Below, in pieces: positions 35,601 to 50,600 of a DNA stretch of 55,768 nucleotides; position 1 is the stretch's first letter, and each line of letters starts with the position of its first letter. The stretch covers positions 1-55,768 of the forward strand of contig JAHIZN010000456.1 in the NCBI GenBank assembly GCA_018814245.1, written 5' to 3'. The DNA comes from a bacterium. GTDB lineage: Bacteria > UBA9089 > CG2-30-40-21. The notes below the pieces were generated by a model that made no database searches, was not told the DNA's origin, and saw only the letters and a list, made by a program, of their open reading frames with translations. The translations under genes were made by a program, and so were the position numbers.

Positions 35601-38600
35601 TTTATCATATGTCTCGCCACTTGTATTCCCTGCTACTGTTGCTGTTTTTGTCCCATACCTCTGGGTATTAATGGTAAATACAGTTGTAAATGAACCCTGA
35701 CTACTCGTTGTAGTGGTTATAATACTCGGGGTATGCCCAAAGTTTATCAAAACCTCCTCAGCCGAGCCATAACCTGTTCCCTTAACCGTAACAGGTGTCC
35801 CAACAGTACCTGTTGTTGGGCTAAAGCAATAGATATTACAAGTAATATCAAATATCCTCTGCACCTTCAATCCACTTGTCAGACCAGTGGTTATAATGGT
35901 AGTTGTCCCATATATTTGAGTATTTACTGTAAATACAACAGAGAATGTTCCGCATTCAGCGCTGCTTGTGCCAGGACTGCTGGCTATACATGTAGCCATG
36001 GTTGGCTTATTACCAAAGGTAAGGTGTATGGTCTCTGATATCCTGTATCCATTACCAATTACTGTTACTGACTGTCCTACTGTACCGGTTGTAGGAGTGA
36101 CCAAGCTTATGTTAGCAATAATATTAAAGTACTTATATGCTCTTAGCCTTGACTTTATCGCGCCAAAGGCTTCAACTGTGGTTGTCCCGGCTTGCTGAGT
36201 ATCAATAATAAAGCTTGTAGTAAATGAGCCATTGCCATTAGTCCATATGAAATAAGATTGCTTCGAATTTGTCCCAAAGCTTACCTTTATCATCTCAGTA
36301 GCCCTAAATCCATTACCAACAATCGTAACCATTGTCCCAACCGTACCAATAGACGGCGTTACCACCGTTATATTGCCAATAATCACAAACCCATCCGTAC
36401 TAACGAGCTTAGAGGTATACCCTGTAGCTATGATAGCTGTTGTCCCTGGATTACCAGCATTACATTGAGAGACTTGGGTATCAATGGTAAACGCTGCCTC
36501 AAATCTCCCACCTGGATTAGTATAAACCGCCTTAATCTTTATCTTTGTACCAAAATCAACATTTATCAACTCCTCTTTATAATACCCATCACCAGTCACT
36601 ACAACCGGTGTTCCCACAGTACCAACAGTCGGGATTATATTGCTTATCCTTTGTGTAACAAAGAAATAAACCTGATTAACCTTGCCGCTGCTAAGTCCAA
36701 CAGCAACTACTGTAGCTGTCCCATAAACCTGAGTGTCAACCGTAAGCATGGCTTCAAACCTTCCGCTATCACTTGTAGCAAGTACTGCCATGGTAACCGT
36801 TGTCCCAAAGGAAATCCTGACATCCTCAGCAACAGTAGTTCCATAACCATTACCCACAATCCTCACCTGTGTCCCAACCGTACCACTTGTTGGGCTCAGG
36901 ATAGAGATACCATAATTAACAACAAACTCAGTATAATCAATCTGACCTGATTCAATGCCCTGAGCAACAACCGAGTGTGTCCCTGCTGTCTTGTCATCTA
37001 TGGTAAATACTATCTCAAAGTTGCCGTCTGTCTGTGTATAACCCCTTGCTATAGTTATAGTTGTCCCAAGATTAACATGTATTTCCTCATCCCCTTTATA
37101 ACCATTACCAGTAAGTGTAACCGTTGTCTCTACTGGTCCGCTTGATGGCTGAATACCAGTCACCCGACCAGTAATAAAGAAGGCAGACTGGCTCTGCTCA
37201 GATGACCTGAACCCTACTGCAGTTATGGTCTTAGTAGCTGCTTCCTGAGTATCTACGGTAAAGGCAATGATAAAGATACCATTGTCATCTGTCTGTCCAG
37301 TTACTATCTGTCCATTGTTCCCAAAACCAATCCCTATATCCTCTACAATACCATACCCAACACCGCTAACCGTAACTATTGTTCCCACAGAGCCGGCAGT
37401 TGGTGTTACCTCAATAATCTTTCCATGAATATAGCAGCTATGTGTGGCTGCTGCCCCTGACAGGCTGCCTTCAGCTAATATGATTGTCTCGCCAGAGGGT
37501 TGAGTATCGATAGTAAAGCTTGTAGTAAATGTACCATCACTACTTGACATAGCCGAGCCAACATCCTGACTTGTACCAAAGTCAACAGATATGCTCTCGC
37601 TTGCACCAAATCCTGTAGCTGTAATTGTTACTATGCTCCCAAGTGTCCCGCCTATTGGTGTTACAGTAACAATATTGCCTGTTATCCTGTATATCTTCTC
37701 TGATACACACCCGCTGTAACCTCCCCTTACCCGTACAGTCGTCAGTCCATAGCTCTGAGTATCAACTGTAAATGTAGTCAGGAATGTGCCAAGCGTATTT
37801 GCCGAGACCTCAGTATACCCTATCCTGTCATTTGTCTTACCAAAGTCAATATGCAGATACTCGCCAAAGCCTAAACCTGCATTAGCCGTACCATCAAACC
37901 CATTACCCGCAACCGTCACCCAGCTGCCAACCGTACCAATGGATGGCGAAACACGGGTAATATTACCAATAATCATGAACTCATTGACAGCAATATCACC
38001 ACCAGTCCTTATCCCTTTAGCCGTAATGTTCTTTGTTCCATAGGGTTCAAGGTCAACCATAAAGCTGCCGGTAAATGTTCCAAATTGACTTGTTTGTGTA
38101 TACCCAATGGGCTGGTCACTGCCGCCTGTATACTTGTAAAATTCATTACCAAAATAGAAATTAACTGCCTCATTAACACTCCAGCCATCACCCTTGAGTG
38201 TTACAATAGTACCCACCGAACCAATGGTTGGACTGACAGAGTATATTCTTGGCATAACACAGAAGGCAATATTGCCGGCTTTAGTCTTTGTGGTCATCCC
38301 TGTAGCCGTAATACTATTTCGTCCATAGTGTTGCGTATCCACAGTAAAGGATACAGTAAATGTCCCATTCTGTGAGGATGTAATCTGAGCAATGGTTTTG
38401 GTTGTACCAAAATCAATAGTTATCTGTTCACTCTTTCCATATCCATTACCCTCTACTGTAATCCTTGTACTGATAATACCAGAGAATGGCTTCACTGAGA
38501 TAAGATTGCCGACAATACCATAGATATTCTGTGCTGCCTGACCAGAGTTTATCCCACTTGCTATAATTGTTGTTGTCCCAAATGGCTGTATGTCAATCGT

Positions 38601-41600
38601 AAAGATGGTCGTAAATTCACCAAGGTTATTGCTTCCAGGAGAACTTATAGAATCATTTGCTCCAAGTTTGATATTTATTGTTTCTGCAGAGGCATAGCCA
38701 TTGCCATAAACCGTTACCTTAGATCCAACACTCCCTTGTGTTGGTATAACTGAAACCACATTGCTATTGATAAAGAATCTATTAAATGTCTCCTGAGACG
38801 ACTCGCCAAACCCCTTAACCCTTATGGTTGTTGTCCCGCAACTTTGAGTATTAATGGTAAATATAGACTCAAAGTGACCATTTGCTCCGGCAGAGATAGA
38901 GGTAATTTCATCATTAAATGTACCAAAGTAAACCCGAATAAGCTCAGTATCGCTATAACCACCACCCGTTATAGTTACTATCGTTCCTACACTGCCAATG
39001 GACGGTGTCACCATGGCTGTATCACCTATTATCTTGCAGTACCCCAAAACAGCTGGTGTAGCATTTCCGCTAACTAATACAGCCTTTGTCCCATAGTTTT
39101 GGGTATCAATGGTAAAGGTGACCATAAATGAGCCGTTACTTACGGTATCGCCAACCGGTATTGTACCTCCATTACCAAATCGTACATAAACTACATCAGG
39201 ATAAACAAAACCATTCCCCCAAACCGTAATAACTTTGCCAACCGTACCAAATGTTGGGGAAATATCAGTCACTGCAGCCCGAATATTAAACACACCACTC
39301 TTTATCATGCCGCTATTTATTCCAATAGCAGATAAAACCCTGTTGCTAAACGGCTGAGTATCAGCCGTAAAGGTTGCTGAGAATGAGCCATAAATACTAC
39401 TTGTCGCCATAGTAATGGTCGGCGTTGTTCCAAGACTAATACGAATACGCTCAACACTGCCATAGCCGCAACCCTCAATAATTACCCATGTCCCTACCGT
39501 ACCATTTGTAGGCGTAATCAATGTCAAGCCAGTCTCAACCTTGAAATATCCCCTGCTTTCCTGATTAGATACAGGACCTGCTACTGTAATAGTTGTTGTC
39601 CCGGCTGGTTGTGTTGTCACTACAAAGGATGTATTATACTTACCCACACCATCAACTACAGCATGGGCAATTGTTTTGGTAAACCCAAAATGAACTTTCG
39701 CTATTTCACCAGAACCATAACCATCACCATTAACCGTTATCCTTGTCCCGACGGTTCCGCTTGAAGGATTAACAGACAATACCCTGCCCTTGATGATAAA
39801 GATATTCTGAGCAGTATGAGGATTATTCGTTGACCCCCATTTACCATCAGCAGTAATGGTTGTTGTTCCGCCCGGTTGAGTATTAACAACAAAGGTTGAG
39901 GTAAGTGTTCCGGCTGCGGATGCATAGTATGTCGGTCCATGATTTGCATTACCAAATGCATTCCAGATAGGCTCATTGGGTGCATACCCATCAGTCCATA
40001 TAGTAACAACCGTCCCTACACTGCCCTCAGTTGGCAATACCTTTAAGATTCTTTGTATTAGCTTGAAGGTAAGGGATGAGGCTGCAGCCGTCACCAACCC
40101 ATATGCTGTCACTGTCTTGGAGCCTTGAGAGGCCATATCCCATGCTTGAGTATCAACAGTAAAGGTAACTATAAATAATCCAGCCTCGTTTGCCTTGCAG
40201 GTAGCAATAGTCTTGGTTGAACCATAAGAGATACGGATGGTCTCACTTGCCCCATATCCAGCACCCATCATCATTACCTCTGTTCCAATGGCTCCTGAAT
40301 TTGGGGTAATCGTAGTCGCATCAACCGTAATAATAAACCGAACACTATCACTCCCGTTTGAGGTCAAGCCATATGCCCTGACATTAGTAAAGCCATACAC
40401 CTGTGGATTTACAGTAAAGCTTACACTGAATGTGCCGTCCTGCGTTGTCTCAATATTGGTAATACTCTGTGTTGTACCAAAATCAATCTGTATTGTCTCA
40501 TTTCCGCCATAGCCATTACCCTCAATCGTAACCCATGTACCAACCGTTCCCACAGTCGGCGAAAGAAGGGTGATATGGGCATAGATGCGGCATTCATTCC
40601 CTGCCTGCTCATTTGATGTTATCCCTCTGGCAAGGATGGTAGTTGTCCCCAAGCTTTGAGTATCAATGGTAAAGGCCGTACTGAATGCACCATATATATT
40701 TGTACTTGTCTGGACAATCGTTGCTGTCTTGCCAAAGTCAATCCCTATATCCTCTCCTGCACCAAACCCATCACCACACAGGCTGACAATTGTACCCACT
40801 GAGCCGGAATTCGGTGTTACTGACCATATCCTTGGCCTGATATTGAAGTAAATCATATCCTGCTCGCCTGTAGTTAAGCCGGTAACCAATACCGTTGTTG
40901 TTCCCTGTCTTTGAGTATCAATGGTAAATGTGGTTGAGAATGAGCCGTTTGCGCTGGCATTGGTTACAGTGATTGATCTTATTGTCCCAAAGTCAATCCT
41001 GAGTACTTCATTTGCACCAAAACCATTTGCCTCAAGTGTAACAATCATCCCCACGGTACCCGTATCTGGTGACAGGGTAATTATCTCTTGTGTAATCTTT
41101 AATCTATTGATTGAAACTGTACCAGAATCAAGGCCAGTAGCAAGAATGGTTGTTGTCCCATAGCTCTGAGTATCAATGGTAAATATGGACTCAAAATAAC
41201 CACAGGCATCTGTGGTCACCACAGAGATAGTTGTGTTTTGTCCAAGAGAGATTCTTACACCCTCAGTTGCCTTATAACCATCACCGATAACCGTAACAAA
41301 TGCCCCTACCGTACCAGTGATTGGCGAAACCGATGGAATAGCCGGATTAATGGTTATATAGCCAACATCCTCCTTGCCGGTAGATACCCCAACAACTCTG
41401 ATTGTAGTACTACCAAGCTGCTGCCTGTCAATGGTAAAGGTGGTGCTGAATGTACCCTCGCTTGATGCTTGCGCAATGGCTCTTGATGGTGTTGTCCCAA
41501 AGATAACATTAATGGTCTCTCCGCTGCCATAGCCATTGGAATAAATAGAGATAAGCGTACCAACCGTGCCCTTATTCGGCGTTATCAGCGATAGCTTGGT

Positions 41601-44600
41601 GATAATTATATAGGTATTTTCTGACAGAACACCTGTATTTGTCCCTGTTGCCCGAATGGTTGTTGTCCCATAGGGTTGTGTATCAACGGTAAATGTGGCT
41701 GTAAATGAACCCTTGATGTCGGTCTTTGCCCGGGTCATATCAAAATACTTACCAAAATCAACCACAATCCCTTCAGAGACACCATACCCATTACCAATAA
41801 CCGTCACGGTAGATCCAACCGTACCGCCGAACGGAATAACGAATGGAATGCTTGGCTCAATACGGATTTGCTGGCTCGCTGTCAGCTTGGAGTCAAGCCC
41901 GGTAGCCAGAATGGTTGTTGTGCCATAGGGCTGGGTGTCAATGGTAAAGGTAACGCTAAAGGTGCCGCCAACCCATAAATCATTCGCTGGTACTTGAGTA
42001 ACACCGCTTGTGGTTACCGTGGTTATGGTTCCATTTGTCCCGAAATTAATCCTCACGCTTTCTGTTGCATAATACCCGTTACCCTCAAGGCTGATGGTTG
42101 TACCAACCGTACCATGGGTTGGGGTACAGACAATAATCCTGGGAATGATAAAGAAGGTGGATGTGTCTCGTTGACCGGGATAGCCCTTGCTTCGGGCAAG
42201 GATGGTTGTTGTCCCGGCTGGACGGACACCTGTGGTAAAGTAAATCACAAATGTGCCCCTCAGGCTGTCTGTTGTAACAAGCTTATCGGTTTCACCCTCT
42301 GTGCTTACCTCTGTGGTACCAAAATACACCTTTAACTCATCATTGGCATAATATCCATTACCTCGCAACTCTATTTGTGTCCCTACCGTACCAAACGACG
42401 GTGAAACTAAGATAATCCTTGGTTCAACCTTGAATATGTTATAATTAATCTCTTTACTATCCATACCGCTGACCGTAATGGTATGCGATCCATAGGGTTG
42501 GGTATCAATAGTAAACACTTTGGTAAATGAGCCATTTGTTGAGGCATTGGTAGTTGTCAGGGTTGGATTCATCCCATACCCAATAACCACCAATTCCCCG
42601 CTTCCATAGCCATCAGCCTTGATGGTTACTACTGTCCCTACAGAACCCTCTCTCGGCGAATAGTAGATGATATTTGACTTGATAATAAAGAACTCTGAGA
42701 AGGTTGATGATGCTCCAATGTCTACGCCAGTAGCCATAACAGTGGTTGTTCCAAACGCCTGCACATCAACCGTAACCGGTACCACAAACGAGCCCGCAGC
42801 ATCTGTTACTGTAGTCGCAGCGGTTGGACTCTTGCCAAAGGTGATATGGATATTACCAGACGGATTATACCCATTACCTTCAACCGTAACCACCGCACCA
42901 ACTGTTCCGTATGGTGGAATAACATGTGTCAGTTTGACACCAATAAAGAAGTTGGAAATAGTGCCAACACCAGAGGTAAGTCCTGTCACCACAAGAGTCG
43001 TGGTACCATAAGGCTGTGGATCGGCATTAAACCAGCCGTCAAATGTACCTACATTCGTTGCATTCCATGTGGTTGCTGCACTCATACTAGTACCAAAATC
43101 AAGCTTAACCCTCTCACCATTACCATAACCAGTACCAACAACATAAACCGGTGTGCCTATTATACCACTACTTGGTGAAACAAGGATAATCTTGGGCATA
43201 ACACGGCAATAACCATAGTATTCGGCACCAGATTGCAAGCCATGGGCAGTGATGGTCTTTGTCCCGGTAAACTGGGTATCAATGGTAAACGAAGCACTAA
43301 ATGATCCCATTGGGCTGGCAAAGGTTGTAGTGATACTCCCTGTTGTTCCAAACCCTATACGAATAGGCTCGCCAGCATCATAGCCTGTACCGGCAATCAT
43401 AATGGTTGCCCCAACCGAGCCAAAGGTTGGGAATACACCAGTAATCTCGCGTTTGATGATAACAATAGCATCTGTTGATGTCCCACTGTTCAAGCCAGTA
43501 CAGATAACGGTTGTTGTACCTATGGGCTGGGTATCAATAGTAAATGTGCCGATGAATGTACCGCAAATATCTGTATGATTAGTATTGATTGTCTTGGTTT
43601 GACCAAAATCAACCCTGATATCCTCATCTGCATCATAGCCGGTACCCCATACGGTTATAATCCTTCCAACCGTACCATCTGTTGGTTGTACCCAGATATT
43701 AGGATTAATGATAAATATCATGGTAAACTGGGCAAGCACCACTGCCCCATGAGCAGTAATTGATGTTGGACCAACAGGCTGCTGATTGATGGTAAACTGA
43801 GTAATAAACACACCATCAGGTGTTGCTGTCCCTGAAATCATAGGATATGTTGTCCCAAATCTGACATTAACCATCTTGCTCCAACCATAACCCGTACATG
43901 TCAGATATACCGTACTCCCTACCGTACCTGCTGTAGGTGTAATTATCAAATTCTCAGTCATCTTGAACATGATGGTGCCCGATGCACCAGACTCAACACC
44001 ATGAGCCAGCACAACCACATCACCCCATGGCTGAGATGTAGCTGTAAAGTTAGCCGCAAAGACACCATTTGGCATAGCTGTAGCCGTGGTTACGGTTTTA
44101 TCATCCCCAAAGTCAACACAAACAATCTCATCTGCTTGATAACCTGTACCCTCAAGATGGATGAGCATCCCTACGGTTCCAGCCGTTGGGGATATGGATG
44201 TTACCCCTGTAGTGATATAGAATGTATCATTATCAGATGTCAATGAGGTAAGCCCTGTGGCAACAATGGTTGTAATGCCAACCGGCTGGGTATCTACCGT
44301 AAACATGGCCGTAAACACACCATGTATATTGGCTGAAACCAGGGTAATAGATGCGGTGTTCCCAAAGTCTATTTGGACAACCTCATCTGTTCCAAAGCCA
44401 TTACCATTTACCATAACTATGGTCCTTGCCACTGGCCCTGATGGTGGATCTACTTTGACAATATGCCCGATAACCTTAAGGAAATTCATTGCCTGCTGTG
44501 GATTGTCACCCCAACTGCGAGCCAGAACCGTACTTGTACCCGCTGGCTGAGTTGGTATATTAAAGGTAGTCACAAAGGCACCATCTGCATCAGTATTTAT

Positions 44601-47600
44601 AACACTTAAGTCTTGTTCTACTTGATAGCGTGGTTCAACATTTATATTTGTCCCAAACTGTATCCCAATCGACTCATTGGAACAATACCCATCACCCTTA
44701 ACCGTAACCGTTCTCCCCACCGTACCAGTATTCGGGCTTACCTCCCAGACCCTGGCAATGATACAATAGTCACCATCCGCCGCTTCGTTGGAAACAACAC
44801 CTGTGGCAATAATGCTCTTTGTCCCATAGGTTTGCGTATTAACCGTAAACACTGTGGTAAACGAGCCAATATTGTCTGCATAGGTTTCAGTAATACTTAT
44901 CGTATTCCCAAAGTCAATTCGTATCAGCTCATTTGTCTTAAACCCATTGCCCTTAATTGTGATCATGGTGGTTACAGTACCAAATGTTGGGCTAACTAAG
45001 GTTATCTCGGTCTCAATGGTATAGAAGTTAATGGATGATGTCCCTGATGATGTCCCTGTAGCAAGGATAGTGGTCACGCCCCACCCTTGAGTATCAACCG
45101 TAAAGGTGGTTGAGAATGAGCCGTACTTGTCAGCCTGAGTATATACAGACCTGCTTGTCCCAAAGTTTATCCTCACACCCTCATTAGCCGCATAGCCGTC
45201 ACCCTCAACATAAACACTGGAGCCAACCGTACCATGGTTTGGTGAAACAAATTCAACCTTTGGATTGATGATAAATGTTTCAGATGCAGATATACCTGTA
45301 GATAATCCATATCCGGTAATTGTTTTTGTACCGAGCGGTTGATGGTCAATGGTAAAGATTACTGTAAATGACCCATACTTTTCGCTGGTTGCATAGGCAA
45401 TGGTTGGTGTGGTGCCCAGATTGACCTCAATCCGTTCCTTGTAGCCATAGCCATTGCCAGAGACCGTGACAAATGTCCCTACCGTGCCATAATTTGGTGA
45501 AACCCTGATAATCCTCGGCAGAATAGTCAGGGTATTGGTTGCCATATTAAGGATAGAACCAGAGGCAACAATGGTTGTTGTGCCATAGATTTGCGTATTT
45601 ATGGTAAAGACAGCAGTAAATGTTCCGCCCGCACCGCCAGTCATGCCAGAACCGCTTACCCCACTTGCCAAAACCAATGCCCTGGATGGTGTTGTCCCAA
45701 AGTCAACCTGTATTGTATCTGAGGCAGCATAGCCATTGCCCCAGATGGTTACCATTGTGCCAACCGTACCAGCAGCGGGTGTGACGCTATATACCTTGGC
45801 AGTGATATAGAAGGTAGTCGCAGTAGCCACAGTATAATAATCATGAGCCGTAATGGTTGTTGTCCCGCCGGGCTGGGTATCAATGTCAAACTCAACCGCA
45901 AATGTACCATTCGGTGTGGTCTGTGTTGTAGCAATATGACCGGCTGGATAAATCCGACCGCCAAAATCAATCCACAAGTCTGCCGTGGGACTATATCCAT
46001 CACCAGTAACCGTGATATGCGTCCCAACCGTACCGCTACTGGGCAGAACATGGGTGATATCCGGCTTGATAAAGTAATTAATAGATGCCTGCTGATTTGT
46101 TTTTAAGCCCTTTCCTGTGACGCTCTTAGTGGCATAGGATTGCGCATCAATCGTAAACACGGCTGTAATCTCACCCATAACTGTTGCCTGAGTTGTGGTT
46201 ATGCTTGTATTCTTACCAAGGCTGATTCGGACATTTTCAGTTGCCCCATACCCATTACCATATACCGTAACAGGGCTTCCTACTGTGCCGGTCGTTGGTA
46301 CTATGCCAGTTATATTGGCTGTAATTGCAAATGTACCAGAGGCATTAGCATCCGGACCGTTGGTATCGTAGGCAGTAATGGTTGTAATCCCCTGTCCTTG
46401 CGTATCAACCGTAAATGTAGTTGTAAATGACCCCTCTGCCACAGAGCTGGTAAGTTTAATAGAATCATTTACACCAAACTTGATCCGTACCCCTGAGTTT
46501 AGCCCAAACCCATTACCAGCCACAGTCACAATCGTCCCAACTGAGCCGGTGGTTGGTGCTACGGTAATGATGTTGGACTTGATGCCATAGAAATTATAGG
46601 CAGAGCATAACGAATCCGTACCCATGCCGGTTAGCGTTGTTGAGCCATAGGGTTGTGTATTAACCACAAAGCTCATGGTCAAGGTACCATCGATTGATGT
46701 ATTATAGGCACTATTCTTATAGTAGCTATCTGTTCCAAAGTGCAGCCAGATCTGTTCCTGCTCACCATAACCAGTCATATAAACCGTAACCGTTCCACCA
46801 ACCGTACCAAACGATGGTGACAGGCTAACCACCTCTGGAATAATCTTATAATATCTGTTGACCACCTGTTGTGTATCCGTACCAGTAACGACCACGGTCT
46901 TTGTCCCATATATTTGGGTATCCACCGTAAATATGAGGCTAAAGTCACCCTTGACATCTGCACTCGGTGTCTCGATTGGCATTGTCTTGCCAAAATCAAT
47001 GGTTACATTTTCACCTGATCCATACCCAGTGCCGACAATGGTAATGAAGCTGCCTACCGTCCCATAGGTTGGGGTAACAAGCGGCACATCTGATTCAATA
47101 TGGAATCTGTTATCTGCCAGATGATTTGTCTCATCCTGCAAGCCTGCGGCAATGACACTCTTTGTTCCATAGAACTGGTGATCAATTGTAAAGATGGTGG
47201 TAAACATGCCGCTGATATCGGTTATTGGTGAAGCAATGGTTGTTGTTGTGCCAAAGGTTATTCGAACAGTCTCTGTGGCTGCATAGCCCTTACCAATAAC
47301 GCTGACCATTGTCCCTACCGAGCCAGTACTTGGTGTAACAACATGAACCTTTGAGGCAATAAAGAAGGTATCATCATCAACCTCTTTAACACCATTAATA
47401 CCAGTAGCAGTCACGGTTGTTGTCCCATAGACCTGAGTATCAATCACAAACCTGAGTGAGAATGTACCGTCAAATGATGCTGGTCCAAAGACTATCTGCG
47501 GCGTTGTCCCAAACTGAATGGATATGGTATCAATGCGTTCATAGCCATCACCAAGTATCTCAACATCCGTACCAACCGGTCCGGTATTTGGCAGAACATG

Positions 47601-50600
47601 GGTAATGTGCTGGAATATCGTACAAGTTGTTGTAGCTGCTACACCAGATGCGATACCCTCTGCTGTTACCGGACGCGGACCATAGGCTTGAGCATCAATG
47701 GTAAAGGTTGTATTGATATTGCCTATCCCTGATGCCTGGGTAGTAGTAATGGTATTGTTTGTCCCAAAGCCTATTCTTACCTCTTCATATGCCTGATAGC
47801 CCGCACCCCAAACATTGATGGTTGTACCCACGCTCCCTGTTTGAGGCGTAACAAAGATACCGGTGGTAATCTTGAAGTAGTTATAGTGTGACCAGTTAAG
47901 GGTAGTACTTGTCACCCTGACCGTAGTGGTCCCAACCGGCTGGGTATCAACCACAAAGTATGCCACAAAGCTGCCGTCATTAATAGCACTTGCTGTTGCT
48001 GACTCAATCTTTGTTCCAAAGTCAAGACTGACAGTCTCTGATGCTACATAACCAGTACCCCAAACCGTAACAACTGTACCCACAACACCCTCGGTTGGTG
48101 ATATTCTCCAGACCTCTGGCTTGATGACAAAGGTATTGTATGCCTTTTGCAATGCCTTATTCATCCCCTCAGCCGTAACCGTGGTTGTACCGGCTTGCTG
48201 TGTATCAATGGTAAACCTGATGGTAAACGAGCCATCATGGCTTGCTTTAAGCAGGTATGCAATCTGTGGTTTTGTTCCAAAGTGGGCATAGATGAATTCC
48301 TCATAACCATACCCTGTCCCAAGTATGGTAACAACTGTCCCAACCGTACCCGCGGATGGTGAGACATAGGCAACGCTTGCCTCAATCAGGAATTGACGAG
48401 AATCAGTCCTGTTTGAGCTAAGCCCAATAACCGTCACGGTCTTTGTCCCATAAACCTGTGTATCAATTACAAAGGTTGTGGTAAATGAGCCGTTGACATC
48501 ACAGGTTGTTCTGGTAATGGTTGCATTCTTGCCAAGACCTATCTGAATAGGCTCAGAGCTGCCAAAGCCATTACCAGAAATCATGACAACCGTTGTAACC
48601 GAACCCTTGGTTGGTGTCATATCAGTAATCACTGATGAGATATTAAACTGCTTCCAGGAAGTAACACCCGTAACTGTTCCTGCAGCCATAATAGTACATG
48701 TTCCATACGGCTGGAGATTCACGGTAAATATTGTGGTAAATGAACCTGTATTATCTGTATCTACCAGCTTCACATCCGGCGTTGTCCCAAAGTCAACCAT
48801 GATGTTCTCAATTGCACCGTAGCCATTACCCTTGATGGTCACTAATGTACCCACAGAGCCAAATGTAGGCAAACAAGAGAATATATTCGGCAGGATGCTT
48901 GCCGTACCAGCTGACCTTACCTGATAGAAATCATCGTGAGCCGTAATGGTTGTTGTACCATACACTTGTGTATCAATCGTAAATGCAGCCGTAAATGAAC
49001 CATTAACTTGAGCATTCACACTAACAATAGCTGTGGTTGTACCAAACTCAATCCTCACCAATCTTGATGCGCCATACCCATTACCAGCAACCGTAATCAC
49101 TGTCCCCACCGTTCCCTTAACAGGTGTTATCAGGATGATGTTTTGCAAAATGGTATTTGTCCCTTGATCACTAATCCCATTTTGATCATCATAGGCTCTA
49201 ATGGTTGTGGTGCCATAGCTCTGAGTATTTATGGTAAACTGCGTGGTAAATGAACCGCAATATTCTGCCCATGTTGTTGTCATGGTTTGAGTATTCCCAA
49301 ACTGTACCCTGATATTTCGAGCCATCCCAAACCCATTACCAGCTACTGTTACCCATGAGCCGACTGTTCCAGCCCTTGGTGTTATCAGGATGATATTGGG
49401 CAGAATAGTGTACTTCTTGCGAATTGTCAACTGATTATCATCGTCGTGTGCCCCAATTGTTACTGTTCCATAGTATTGTGTATCAACCGTAAAGCTGACA
49501 GTAAACGAGCCCTGTACATCAGCATAGGTATTTATCTTTGTGGTAACACTGCCAAACTCAAGCCGTATCTGTTTGCCTGAGCCATAGCCATTGCCAGCCA
49601 CGGTTACCATGGATCCAACCGTACCCCTGCTTGGTGTGATATTGATTATCTCCGGCAGGATGGTATACAGCTTTGAGGCACTTGCCAATCCATCTGTAGC
49701 TGTAATGGTTGTTGTACCATAGCTCTGAGTATCAACCGTAAATGTAGTGGTAAATGAACCATATTCCGTGACAATAGTTGGTACAGGTGTAAGCGACCGA
49801 TTCATATTTGATCCAAATTCAACACAGATGATCTCACTTGCTCGATACCCATTCCCAGCCACTGTCACCAAGCTGCCAACCGTACCCCTATTGGGTGTTA
49901 CCATAATTATCTCTGGCAGGATAAACAGTGTCCTCTTGATACAAATTCCATGGGTATCATCCCATGCAGTCAGGGTTGTTGTTCCATAACCTTGAGTATC
50001 AATGGCAAAGGTATGGGTAAATGTACCACCTACACTGGCAAGCTTCTGGCTCAGGGTTGGAGTGGTTCCAAACTCAAGCCTTACCCAGTTATACCTGCCA
50101 TAGCCCTGACCAGATATAGTTATAAAGTCACCCACCGTACCTGTCGTCGGACTCAAATAAGTAATGCTCTGCAATATCTTAAAGTCAATACTTGCCACAC
50201 CGCCCGAAGAAAGCCCGGTAGCAATTACTGCGCTCGTTCCGTACGCCTGTTCATTAACCATAAACTCACGGATAAACGAGCCGTCAGCATTTGCCCCAAC
50301 CGTCATGGTCAGCGTACTGCCAAAGTCAATCCTGATTGTTTCACTCTTGCAGAAGCCGTCACCATAAAGGGTTATGGTTGTTCCAACCGTACCCTCTGTG
50401 GGTACAATGCTCGTCAGCTTGGGCATTACCCTGAGGGTATAGGTGGCATAATACTGTCCGCTATTTAATCCATAAGCAGTAATGGTGTTTGTGCCTATGG
50501 ACTGGCTGTCAATCGTAAATGATGCCTCAAAGTAGCCATCAACTGTTGACATGGCAACCGTAATACTCTGTGTTGTGCCAAATTCAATCCTTACCTGCTC

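Noticed and set aside
36258-36950. The longest ORF in the supplied track (+ strand, 230 aa), and the other long + strand ORFs such as 13983..14624 (213 aa) and 49950..50468 (172 aa).
   Set aside because: They are antisense to the repeat gene and fall in only two + frames. Their sequences are low-complexity, rich in C, N, R, I and T. Examples are the recurring ...VPTVP..G.T... and ...INRKG... strings, which simply mirror the sense-strand motifs with the same 246-255-nt period. An in-phase antisense frame stays open wherever the sense frame avoids TTA, CTA and TCA codons, so their length is a by-product and not evidence of coding.
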